This document shows positions 49,862 through 60,959 of a DNA stretch of 64,000 bases, one piece after another. The position numbers and the translations under genes are program-made. The first letter of the stretch is position 1, and each line of letters starts with the position of its first letter. The notes below the pieces were generated by a model. It worked only from the letters and a program-made list of their open reading frames with translations. It was not told the DNA's origin and did not search any database. Origin of the DNA: Asterias rubens (taxonomy: Eukaryota); contig NC_047071.1 in NCBI RefSeq assembly GCF_902459465.1, positions 6,324,001-6,388,000 on the forward strand. The letters run 5' to 3'.

Positions 49862-49968
49862 AATTGTAGTAATTTGCTCTACAGGTAAGTAGAGTGACGT
49901 AGACTCCCCCCCCCCCCCCCACAGTAGTGTGGGTAGGGTCTACGAACGAATACTTACCTGTAGAGCAT
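49862..49968 (+). repeat. DIRS internal complementary region (ICR)
   Basis: Reverse complement of the left terminus (44279-44321), then C15, then reverse complement of the right terminus (50154-50200). Confidence 0.93.
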
Positions 49969-50835
49969 CCCTCCTGCCTGCCCCACTATACTTGGTTCTT
50001 GTATACTTGTACGTATGAGTTTCCGAGAAAGAGGGCGATTGCGCATGGCGTTCGCGCCGTCGTGCACTGGGCGATGGAGGGCGCTGTTGCACTTGTTGTA
50101 AAAAAGTCTTAGTGTACCTAGCGGCGCATAGGGAATATGCAATTGTAGTAATTTGCTCTACAGGTAAGTATTCATTCGTAGACCCTACCCACACTACTGT
50201 GGGGGGGGGGGGGGATTCGCGATGGAAATTGGCTGTTTGTTAAGTGAAACCGGCCCCAGGTTGTGCTACAATTTGGCATCCATTGTACGATTTGCAGAGT
50301 TTCTCTGCAGCCTTTTCCCATGCTGGCCACCATACCTTGGTAGGAGGGTTTTATTTACTTCCCACAATACCCAGGTGTCCTTCATGTGCGAGAGCTAGTG
50401 CTTGTTGTCTCATGGTACAACGATGCGTGTCCGCGTAGGATAAGTTGTCCAATGACCAGAATTCTCTTGCGATTGGTGCATAATGCCTTACAGTTTTCAA
50501 ACTTTCCAGTCCGAATTGCTTCTCTTACGACTGCCAGTGCCAGCTCCTCTTACTCTGCATATGCGCTAGTGTCATCACGTTCGCGAGGCTGTTGAAGGCT
50601 GTTTACTGGTCAGTCCCAAACTAGAATGGAACACCCTTCCTGGTTAGTTTACTGAGTGGATCGGACACCGTAGCACAATTTGGTATGAATCTGCTACTAA
50701 ACCCAACCAGGCCAAGAAAGCTTAAAATCTCTGATACGCTTTCCGGTTCTCGAAATTCTGCCACCACTTTTATGCCCATGTTATGACAAGATTATTTAAT
50801 AGACTAAAATTAGTGTTGTAATTGATTTCATTTAG

Positions 50836-50903
50836 GTGCATCTGTACGCCGTCAGTCAGTTGCAAGAATACACTCGATGACAATTGAGGCACCCATTACC
50901 AAG
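50836..50903 (+). CDS. PDE8: PDE8 coding exon (conserved pre-catalytic linker), phase 1-0
   Basis: tttcatttAG acceptor, AAG|gtaaaa donor; (G)ASVRRQSVARIHSMTIEAPITK contains the PDE8 signature ARIHSMTIEAPITK. Confidence 0.95.
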
Positions 50904-51576
50904 GTAAAAAATAAATGTGAAATGCAAAGTCATGCAAATTTCATTAAATTTGTTTATGAAGCTGTTAGATATATCCAAAGTCTTTAATAATAGTTGATAA
51001 ACAGTGGTTGTCTTTTTTTCTGGATAATACAATGATTGAAAGGTGATACCTTTTACTAGTCTTGTTATTTATTTTGGAAAATACAGAGCGCAACATCATT
51101 ATGAGAACCAGCAACATATCATTATGAGAACCAGGTTCTCATAATGATGCTGTGCTCTGTATTTTCCAAAAAGATTTTGATGGAATCCCACAAATGTTCA
51201 CAGCCTGTTACTTTGGCTTTAAAGGGGCAAGACAGATTTGCCTTGACCTTTCGTAAAAATCTAGGGCACCAAGGTATTAAAAAGAAGAAGAAAAAAAATT
51301 CCATTTCTGGGGCCTATGTTTCATTACCTCTTGCTTGTTCTGTATTCTGGTTGGCTGAAACACGGTCACATGGGATGAACTAATATAGTCCAGTGATCGC
51401 GTGCATGTGTTTTACGGGAACTACACTGTAGTACCCGAGCGGGCACTAGTCTTTGAAAATAATGCCCGGTTACAGCACCCTCTCTTGACTTGGACCGTGA
51501 ACTGCACCTACAAAACTTCCTTACTTTTCCAGATTTCTGTTCTTATTTGACATTTAAGACCAAGCTGTGTTGTAAA

Positions 51577-51763
51577 ACACATATTGACTGGCATAATGAG
51601 GTAACTAGTGTACGTCTATTCCCCCTCAGGCCTGTGAGTGACCAGAAGAGGGGCCCATTTCCCTCGGCCTTCGGCCTCAGGAAAAAGGTCCCTCTTCTGG
51701 TCACTCAAAGTCCCTCGGGGGAATAGACGTGCACTAGTTACCTCATTGCCAGTCAATATGTGT
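51577..51763. mobile_element. foldback (whole-length palindromic) non-autonomous element
   Basis: acacatattgactggca...gaggtaactagtg / cactagttacctc...tgccagtcaatatgtgt; second copy in opposite orientation at 63794-63979. Confidence 0.8.
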
Positions 51764-52149
51764 ATATTAGCTCATACAGTTTATTTAGTAGGCTTACTAG
51801 CTAATATATTTTTGATTAAGGGAATGAAAGGGTAGCACCAGTTCTTAATTGCCCATTGGGCATTTAAAACCAGCAGGGTTGTGGCCGTGCGATAATGGTC
51901 GGAGCTGGTTTTAAACGGCCGCTTAAGAACAAGTCAATACTCTTTTAAGAGTATCTTTAAATAAGAATACTAAACTTGCAACTACAACCATAAGTAAAAT
52001 CTCTTTTGAGGGAGTGTTGGCTCTGAACAGAGCCAGTTTGGTCTTGACATTTGCTGGACGACTGGTGGTGGTTGAGCTTATGTACAGTATGGCTTGAGGG
52101 AAGCTCATTTGGGTGGGAAGGATTGAAGCTGTTCTTGTCCAGTGAAGCG

Positions 52150-52430
52150 TGCGAGTTGGTTGCTGGCTAGATGTGTGTGTGCGTTTGAGTATGTCAGTGT
52201 TGTGGTGAGCTGCTGCTGGAAGTGTGGGTATAAGAAGTGGTGACCAGATGTTGTTGATGAAGAGAGCCTTGATCTTTATTGCCTCCCTTACTCTGCGTTG
52301 GTGCCAGAACTTCACTGGTGCGATGAGCGTGGCTTGTGTCCATTTGATGAGATGATCCTGTTCGTATGAATGTTTGATGATAACTGATTTGTATTGATAG
52401 CTGAAGTTCCTGCTTCAAGCTGTCTTGGTC
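52150..52430 (-). mobile_element. Penelope-like element 3' fragment (GIY-YIG C-terminal end)
   Basis: Minus frame HLIKWTQATLIAPVKFWHQRRVREAIKIK...NIWSPLL resembles the PLE H.I.W...R..REAI.I...W.P.L tail. Confidence 0.6.
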
Positions 52431-52849
52431 GCAGGTGTTGAACAGTAGAAAAGACAATGGGTATTTGAAATTATTTAAAAGAATGGTGGCCATCTTGAAA
52501 ATGAAAGATAAAAGCTTGTCCTCCTTCCTTTTTTTAATAGTATTATTGTTATTATTTTATCTTATTACATGCAAAAGAAAGATCATATTTTCATTTGTGG
52601 CGGTAACTCATCTAGTCGGGCTACGTCCGGTTGCCTTAGGTCTCAAGGGTCTTTCTTAGGATTCTTGCTGTTCCCCACAGCACCGCCTTCTGCAACAGAT
52701 CTATTCTCAACTTTGTCCCTATTCCGTTCAGATTTTCCCCAGTGCTTTTGGAATGGTGCCGAGCGCTCCAACCACCACAGGTACTTCTTTCACTTTCACT
52801 TGCCAAATCTTATGAAATTCCCTGCATGGCCAGTTCTTGATACTTTCTT

Positions 52850-53450
52850 GACCATCTCCTTCGAAAAACCCTTAAATCTCCCGGCACAGCTATTGTCTAT
52901 AAGATGACACACCTTCTTTGCCTTATCTAAGACTACTAACATGATCAGTCTGAATGTTAAAGTTTATACCACTCTCAGAAGCTTAAGCAGGATCCAAAAA
53001 TATCTTTCCTGAAAAGCAACAAAAAATCTGTTTCATGCTTTCATCACTACTCGTTTGGACATGTGCAACTCCCTTATATATGGATTTCGTCAATAACAAC
53101 TTGACCATCTGCAGTTTATGCTAACAAAGCAAAATGACTTTTCGAGCCTCTTTTCAAATGTTACCTCAATTTAATGCAAATTGCTTCCTTTATAATTAAG
53201 AATTGTTTACGAACTCATGATCTGAACCTACATGTACATGTATTGCTCAATCTATGGAACTGCACCGCCATATTTGTCTGAACTCATCATACCTTATAAC
53301 TCCAGTCGAGCTGGTCTTCGTTCAGCAGGTCAATATATTCTGACAAAACCAAGATCTCTTGGGGAGACAGATCTTTTCAACACTCAAGTCCTTCAAACTT
53401 CCCTCAAAACCCACCTCTTGGTAGTTGCCTACAACAGCACAATTTTTAAA
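52850..53450 (+). mobile_element. degenerate L2 LINE 3' fragment
   Basis: HAFITTRLDMCNSLIYG, GTAPPYLSELIIPY...LRSAGQ; ends at (att)n abutting element C. Confidence 0.75.
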
Positions 53451-53463
53451 TTTATTATTATTA

Positions 53464-54022
53464 TTATTGGCGAGCTGCGAAGCTGTGTGAGCCAATATAA
53501 TACCAATTTCCGTCCGGCCTGCCGGCCGCGTTCAGTGAAAATGTTGACGTTTTTGTTTTGAGTTTGTTTTTTAGTTGAGTTGTTTTGGGTATGTAAAAGC
53601 CCAAATGAGATTGTTATACTTGCCAGTCCTTTTGGGTAATTTTCAACTATGTTTTCCAATAGTGTTGAAGTTTTTGGAATAAAAAAATGTAAAAGTTGTT
53701 GAATAATTTTTTTTTAAAGTGTTGTTTTCAGGCTCAAACTTAGACATCTGGATTTTAATAAACCAAGTCCAAACTTAAATCTGAAAATTTTGAAATGGTT
53801 TGTTTAAACAAAAACGAATCTTTCTGTCACTGGTTCCATGTGAATGAGCTGAAACAATGAAAACCTTAAATGATCATAGCTCCTTATTGATGTACTGTCT
53901 TCAAACTTAAATCAAATATTGTTTCTTACATATAGATGCATATGAAAAGATAAAACTCAAAGAGTGCATTACTGGTTCCAGTTGAATGAGCTGAAACAAT
54001 GAAAACCTTAAATGGTCATAAG
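53464..54022 (+). mobile_element. HINE-like element C, 5' part only
   Basis: GGCGAGCTGC at 53469, ccgtccggcc motif, body colinear with A and B, two array units, then the similarity stops. Confidence 0.7.
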
Positions 54023-54412
54023 TCGTTGGATTGCAATTCCCAAATATTTGAGGTTCAAATTTTGCAAACAATACCGACCCAAATGTATGTTACCACGTAC
54101 TTCCTTGAATTCCAATGAACGATCCGTGCTTTTTGTAACTAATTGATAATTCAAAAATGTCTTTAAATCCTTAATTAGAGTACTTAACCCCCACAATTAA
54201 CAAATGAACGAGTCTTCTTTTTGAAAGCATTTGATTGGACAACACGTATCACGCAGCAATGTTTACAAATTCATAAGTGAATAAATTTACATATCTGGCA
54301 ACTGCGTGCGGAACAGGTTTGGGAATGCAGAGCATCACAAAGAAACAGTTTTCTGAGATTGGCATGGGATTGGGACTTGAGTCAAAATCTACACCCTACC
54401 CAAAAAGTACTA

Positions 54413-55709
54413 CAGTCGACTCCCGTTATTATGAGCTCGCATGTTACGAGGTTCCGGTTACTACGAGGTTTTTTGCCGGTCCCGAACTGCCCCGAAAATA
54501 CTAATTATACGAGCACGGTAGTAGCGAGAACACGGTTATAACGAGGTACTTTGGGCGACTAATTACGAGCAAAACATTGTTAAAAACCCTTTTATAACGA
54601 GAACAATACAAAAACCAACAAAGGAAATACCTGTACAGACTGTAAAGTTGTTATTTGTGGCTTTTACAAGACATACAAAAGAGATGTTTTGTTAAGTGGA
54701 CGCTACCGCTAATCCGAAATCGGGAGTCACATCGAGTCGGCAATTGTTAATTCCAAACTCCGGACAATGGAGGGATTATGAGGTTTCCATGGTTCAACAA
54801 ACAATCCAGAAATCTTTAGAAAAGATACTGTTCCACTGAGTTTATAAGCGCACAAGCATTTTCAGAAGAAAGAAACCACCCTCAAACTTACAAGCAAAAC
54901 TAGTTGCGTGATCAATATTATTGAATGCAAAGCAATATTTTACCTGGTATCCCACACTGGCAAAGAACCATCTAACATGGCACAGGTGTTTACCAATGAA
55001 AATGAAGAGTCTGTTTTTTTGTTAACTGCTAGAACAGCAAGATCTTCACTGGTATCTCGCATTAGCAATGAAACATCTATTATTACACTAGTGGTTACCA
55101 ATGAAAATTCAGCTTTTATTTTATTGACTGCTACGGGCGAAGTTTTTCACAGGGTGTGCAATACGATTGCAGCAGCAAGATTTTCCCTGGTATCTCGCAG
55201 TAGCAATGAACCATCCAGCATTAAACAGGTGGTTACCAATGAAAACCAAGACTCTATTTATTGCATTGGCAATAAACTGCCGGCGACCAAAGTTTTGCAA
55301 GGGAAACTTCCCAAAACATGAACGCAAGTTAAAATCTCACACATTTTTTCAATCTTGTAAATAATCAATAATAATAATAATAAACCGTATTTATATAGCG
55401 CATATCACTAAAACAAAGTCCCTATGCGCTTTAAGGAAAACAAAATAAAGGAAGAATGAACCAACAAAGAAAGTTACTGAAAAGCGTTGAAAAGATGAGT
55501 TTTAAGGCGTTTTTTGAATGTGTCAACTGTGGAAGCATCCCTGACAGACACGTGGGGCCGTTATGTCATGTACACAAGTACACGTGTTGTGTGCATGCAC
55601 AGTGATGACGGTTGTATCTATATTTAGCGCGCTGCGTTTAAGACGAGATTCGGATAATACAAGGAAAATGGGCAAGTCCGGCGGACCTCGTATTAACGGG
55701 AGTCGACTG
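54413..55709. mobile_element. Tc1/mariner-superfamily non-autonomous element with TA TSD
   Basis: TA|cagtcgactcccgttattatgag ... ctcgtattaacgggagtcgactg|TA. Confidence 0.85.
55370..55545 (-). mobile_element. L2 3'-terminal fragment nested in the TA-element
   Basis: Minus strand ...ttcaaaaaacgccttaaaactcatcttttc...gcgctatataaatacggt(tta)n. Confidence 0.65.
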
Positions 55710-55711
55710 TA

Positions 55712-58028
55712 CCGTATTTTCCTGCGGATAAGACGCTCGGTGGACAAGGCGCAGGACCCTAAAATGACCCCCAAAAATTCAAACGTCAGCAGACAAGGCG
55801 CACCGCCGCACAAGGCGCATGTTTAACCGCACACAAAAGAACACCGGTGTGGCGGTTTCAACTTTCCGCTGTGTTCAGTTTTTCTGAATGACCAAATACG
55901 GTAGCATTACGTCATGCGATGCCTGCGCACAGCAAGCGAAAGTAGTCCATTTTTAGTACCGTATTGAGTCATCCGTTACCCTCCGGTAGCTGTCATGGCG
56001 GCGTCCACGAGTCGAGTACAACTAGCGGCAAACGCGTGGATCGTATGAGGTTTTTTTTATGCAAGCATGTAAAGATGGGGCAAGAGATTATGTGACTACA
56101 CAGAAAAGAATCGTAATATAAACAATTTGGGGTCACTGCTGAGAGAACTACAGTACTCGCCAGGGTACTCGCGGCGGTATCTGACAGGTCACCCGGAAAA
56201 CTGAACACGCCGGAAAGCTAAAACCGTTCGAACAATATGTTGATATGTCCGACTACGTCACCCGGAAAACTGAACACGGCGGATAACTGAAACCGCCACA
56301 CCGGGCGCCACCCGGTGTCGATACATTGACACAAAGACATAATTTTGTTGCCTTTGAGAACTTACGTATACCGACCTTCATTCAATCAGCCAACGCTGTA
56401 TATTGTTAATAACATAAAGTCCGGCCCAATCAGCGGGCAGAAACCATGGTCCACGCGCGCACTGTCTGAAGTTAATTTTATTTGCAACATGAACCATCTG
56501 ACGTCCCATCCACAGCGAGGATCATTGTTGATATAGATACATTGCAACGACAAATGGATCTTGCTTAATGGACGGACGTAGCGTGTGCGTAGTAATGTAT
56601 CCACCGGCCGGGATGTAGCTGCATGCACATAATAACTATGCACATGTACCATGCGAGTTCGTAAAGCTGGCAATCTGTTGATTGCGCTGCTCAATCTCGA
56701 GATTGCACAACAGATGTTGGGGGCATTTGGGCACCGTATTGAGTGATGTTCGCTGACGGGTTGCGCTACGCCCTCGCATTTGCGCTGCCTGGAAATGCGC
56801 TAAAATTCCCACGTGACCGTGTGGATCCCAAGAAGCATGCCCATGACACGTCGAGTCTTGTCTCAATGCATTTATTGCTGGTTCGCGTAACTTTTACCAA
56901 TAGAGGGCGTTTAACCTCACACTATTACATTGTTCCAAAACGCCCTCTAGCGTTCAATGTTTCTTGTGTTATTGTCACATGCACAGTAACAACGACTACA
57001 GGCGTAATATCTGCTTTTGTGTTGCTTGATTAAATTTACAGACCTCGGAACGGTTGCATTTTGGGGCTTATTTTCTGTGTAATTTTGAGAGATTTTCGAG
57101 TCGACTTGGGCATCATTGATTTTACAGGCAAGTTACATGCAAGGGGCAAACATGATTTTAACAATCGTTCCTACCCGAAGTTTTGAAGCAACAAAATAAT
57201 TCAATAAAAGAAAATGTGTTTTTGTCCCTAATTCTTTTGGCTAGTGTATTATTTTGTTTGGCCTTACAAACAAATACAAATCAAATCCTTCTATTACAGT
57301 AAGATAATGCTACGTTCCCATAATACTTTTTAAAGCAAACGTCTAAAAAGAGGCGATAAATTAATATACGATTTGAACGTTTATTAACAATATTATAAAA
57401 CTCTTGCCCTACCAAAGATGACAGTTAAGTTCCCAAAGCACTTATCAATCACAAAGGTCTAAAAAGAGGCAAATACAGAACTAAATTATTACCCCATCCT
57501 TTTAAAATACGTTCGGCCTAAAGCACACTTCAGAGATCTTTATTCTCTACAATAAAAACCCTCAAAGTTTACCACACAACAGCGGTTGGGTGAATGACGT
57601 TTGTATGAAGTTATTGACTGTCAATCGTTTTTCGGAACGAATACCCGGCCACACAGAAAAACGTTTGTACAACGCCCACGTCTGTTGGACCGAAAGTTAG
57701 ACGCATTGCGGCATTGTTGGAATAAAAGCACGGTCATGGGGAATAAACACGTTGCAGCATTGTTGGAAAAATAGGACCGTCTAGGGGGTTGCGGCATTGT
57801 TCGAACGTAAATACGGTCTCAGTGTCTGAATAGCCTTGTTTGACCGCATTGTTGAGTAAGGATTCTTCACACAAAGACCGATGTTTGAACTGGACCAGAA
57901 GGTATTTTTTATTTCACGCATTGATCATCACAAAAAAAATCAATCGTCAGCAGACAAGGCGCACCGAAAGATAAGACGCATCAATGTTTTGGGGGTCTAA
58001 AAAGTCAGATATCCGCAGGAAACTACGA
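55712..58028. mobile_element. Tc2/pogo-like non-autonomous element (2.3 kb) with TA TSD
   Basis: TA|ccgtattttcctgcggata ... tatccgcaggaaactacga|TA; acaaggcgca/ataagacgca subterminal motifs at both ends; no transposase ORF. Confidence 0.75.
55843..56304. mobile_element. MITE nested in the Tc2-like element
   Basis: ccggtgtggcggtttca / tgaaaccgccacaccgg TIR; gtgttcagttttt / ggaaaactgaacac inner inverted repeats; TSD not resolved. Confidence 0.6.
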
Positions 58029-60959
58029 TACTGCTGCTCACAGATTAAAGGGTTTATGTTCTGTTTCATTCATAATGCTTCTAATCGGCCGGAGATTGCA
58101 GCACAGAGCATTCAAAATTCAACATTTTCCTGGGCCCTTAACCGGGCCTGGATCCCACGCAGTAATAGTCTTCGAGTCCCACACTTGCACGCTCCATCTG
58201 TAATAGATTCCCCCCCCCATCTATATGGCCTCAAATTTCCCTAAGGCTCTAAAGCGGGCCCTGGACCCTATGCCGTAAATGTTATGAATAACGATGTGCC
58301 CCCCCCCCCTTATCTTGCAAGATTGACACCCATGATGGAAAGGATAAATTGGACTGTTCTTTGTTCAAGCAACTTTAATAGACAGGGAAATGGACAGCGA
58401 CATACAGGACATGTGCAATCGAGCACATTATGGTCAGGCAGAAACTTAAGCAGTGGTTCTTATCGAACACATTGCCGTTTCCTAAATCAGGGGATTTACG
58501 TATTATTAGGGGATTATCAGAGCGCTCTTTGATGATGTAAGACGTCTTTCATTTCACTCCTCAACCATTTTCGGTTTACCATTGAAATTTTCCATATTCG
58601 TCTGAGTTTGCGGCTCAATCTGCACTGCAGGGAAATTCAACTAACTGCTGAATCTACTGAACTTTTTGTTCTTCTAATATTGTCACTCAAAATGCCGCCA
58701 AAGAAGCTTGCCCTTAAGGATATGATGAAGCAAGCCTATTCTAGTGCTCTTTCTCACATCTAGGTATAAATATTGCACAACAGTTACAATAAATAAATCA
58801 ATGTGTATCGTCTCTCTTTGTGCATCACTTCTCAAATTATAGGCAACATAGAACAAATAATCTATGATTAGGGTTCTGCCAATCTTGCCCCAAGCCTTAA
58901 GTTTCACTAACTGGAATAACTTCAGTTTTCATAAAATTAACATTGTTCAAAATAATCGTTGCTTCGTTAAAACCTTCACCGGTGGCGGACCTCCGTCTTG
59001 CGGGTGAATCCCAATTAGCACCACACTCTGTGTCCCTGTCGTGGTCGTCCTTGCGATCCAGACTTGGGGTACGGTGAGAGGGGTAGCTGGTTCCAGGGGT
59101 TAAATAGTCATCTATAAACGAAATTAACCAAACTGTCTAATACTGGGTTTTCCAAACCAAAAGCACATCAGATAAACACATTATTGATACAACATAATTT
59201 CGTTATCACTTCAAACACTTTCGTTGATGTTTTTCATCACGTCTAAACTTAAGTTATCCCTATCACTGAAACTGTTCACAACAAATTAATTGACTAAATC
59301 ATCAAACACTTGAACTATATTAATAAACCAGTTCATCATCGTAACCTTGTAAAACTTCGTTGCCAAGTAAATAATACAATTTTATCAAAACACATTTTTG
59401 TTCTCAACTTTCGTTAAAAACTAATCAACTTACTGTAATTAATTGGAGAGGAGTCTTTGGCTTCACACTGCCGTTGCTGTAGAGATCGGCCATAACTTTG
59501 GCTGACCGGCCCAATACCGATACGGTGGCTGTATCAACTCGCCTGCTGGTTTGGTCGGCAACCCTAATATTCACATGCAACCCATCCTCTCTCCTCAATC
59601 TCACATTGCTTTTAACTTTCACAACCGATCTTACACTCCACATTAACCTTCCTTTATCCAACTGTTTCAATGAAAAAGTACAAAGGCATTTGCCAAAAAA
59701 GGAAGGGGGGGTTCTTAACTACCATGACCATAGTTAACTGAGGGTGGCACGCAAAGTATACATTACCTACATAAGGCCTAAAAAATATGTTGGATTGCCC
59801 TATCCCGACCGACCGTAAAAGTAGCAAAATCACGGTCGCGTTTTTTTTATTTATTTTTATTTTCGGTTTTTTTTTCCCCTTTTTTTACTTCCGAATTTTG
59901 ATTTCATGAATATTTTATGCAATAAAAATGGTAGATTTGACACAAATATTAGTTTTTGGCCGACTAATGTACTTACCGTCGGCAGTAACAATTATCCAGT
60001 GCAACAGTTGTGGTTTCAACATTCACAAAAACGCAACGTACAAAATGTAGATTGATTTCCCTCACACGCACGGATAAGGTGAGCCTGTGTCACATATCAC
60101 ACCACACGCCTGTTTATCCGACGTCATGCTTTCACAAGGAACCAGTCGTACACTCTATTGAACAGCAGAGGGCGCTGTTGCCAGTAATGCTCTTATATGG
60201 TATCGCTCGTTTATTGAATGGACAAAAAACACGGTGAATGAAATGACTCTTGGAAATTGTTTTTGAAGGAGTTTGCCAAAATAAAGATGCAAAAAGAGCG
60301 ATTGAAGCGAGATGTATAAGATGATTAATACCTTGCTTGCTTGACAACTTGATCTTTCATGAAATGTTTATGCAGTTTTGGGCGTTCTTTGAGGCCTAAC
60401 ATATCTCAACAGGGCGCTTCCTGCGCATTTGACATGTATGACGTGACAGAAATATTTACAAACCGCAGGTTTGAGGAATTGAAACTATGTCAGATCAAGA
60501 AAAAGTAACAATAAAACAATTAATGACAAAATATCAACAATCGACTCTGACGTTTCACTCCCTCAAAATAAGAAAATGTCTCGCATTTTCTCGGCATTTT
60601 AACTTTAACAACATCCTATGTATTTCGACTGAGGTAGTCAGCTCCCACCACGTTGTCTACACCTTTAATCGCGTCAATCTTTGTTCTTTTGCATGTACAT
60701 AAGCAGATGGTCGGTTTCTGGTAACTATCAGGGTGATGAGAGTAATAACTGTTCATTGTGTCACCAAGTTATAAACATTGATATACAGATCTGTCAGACA
60801 TGTCTTTTACAGGCTCTTTCATTTAATCATCTTGATCATCAAGAAGATTTTAACTTGTTTGAATTTCATACAAATGTTAAAATTAATGTCGAGAGATTGC
60901 TTCAATAATTTTCGACCCATTTGTGTTCAAAGGCAAATTTGGTAGGTTACTCGGATCTT

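Larger units (their letters stand above)
44276..50214 (+). mobile_element. DIRS1-type tyrosine-recombinase retrotransposon, near complete
   Basis: Inverted terminal repeats (44292-44438 vs 50025-50170), internal complementary region (~49862-49968), gag-like ORF, RT/RH, overlapping YR frame; no TSD. Confidence 0.96.

Noticed and set aside
52090-52200. Possible hammerhead ribozyme downstream of the Penelope fragment
   Set aside because: The CTGANGA...GAAA core is not intact on the minus strand (cactggacaagaacagcttcaa).
54908-54940. VINIIECK resembles the next expected PDE8 exon start (VINII)
   Set aside because: No AG acceptor in phase, downstream sequence does not match PDE8, and it lies inside a TA-flanked transposon.
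58530-58610. C/D box snoRNA-like TGATGA...CTGA
   Set aside because: The terminal stem is weak, no guide match was recognised, and such motifs are expected by chance.
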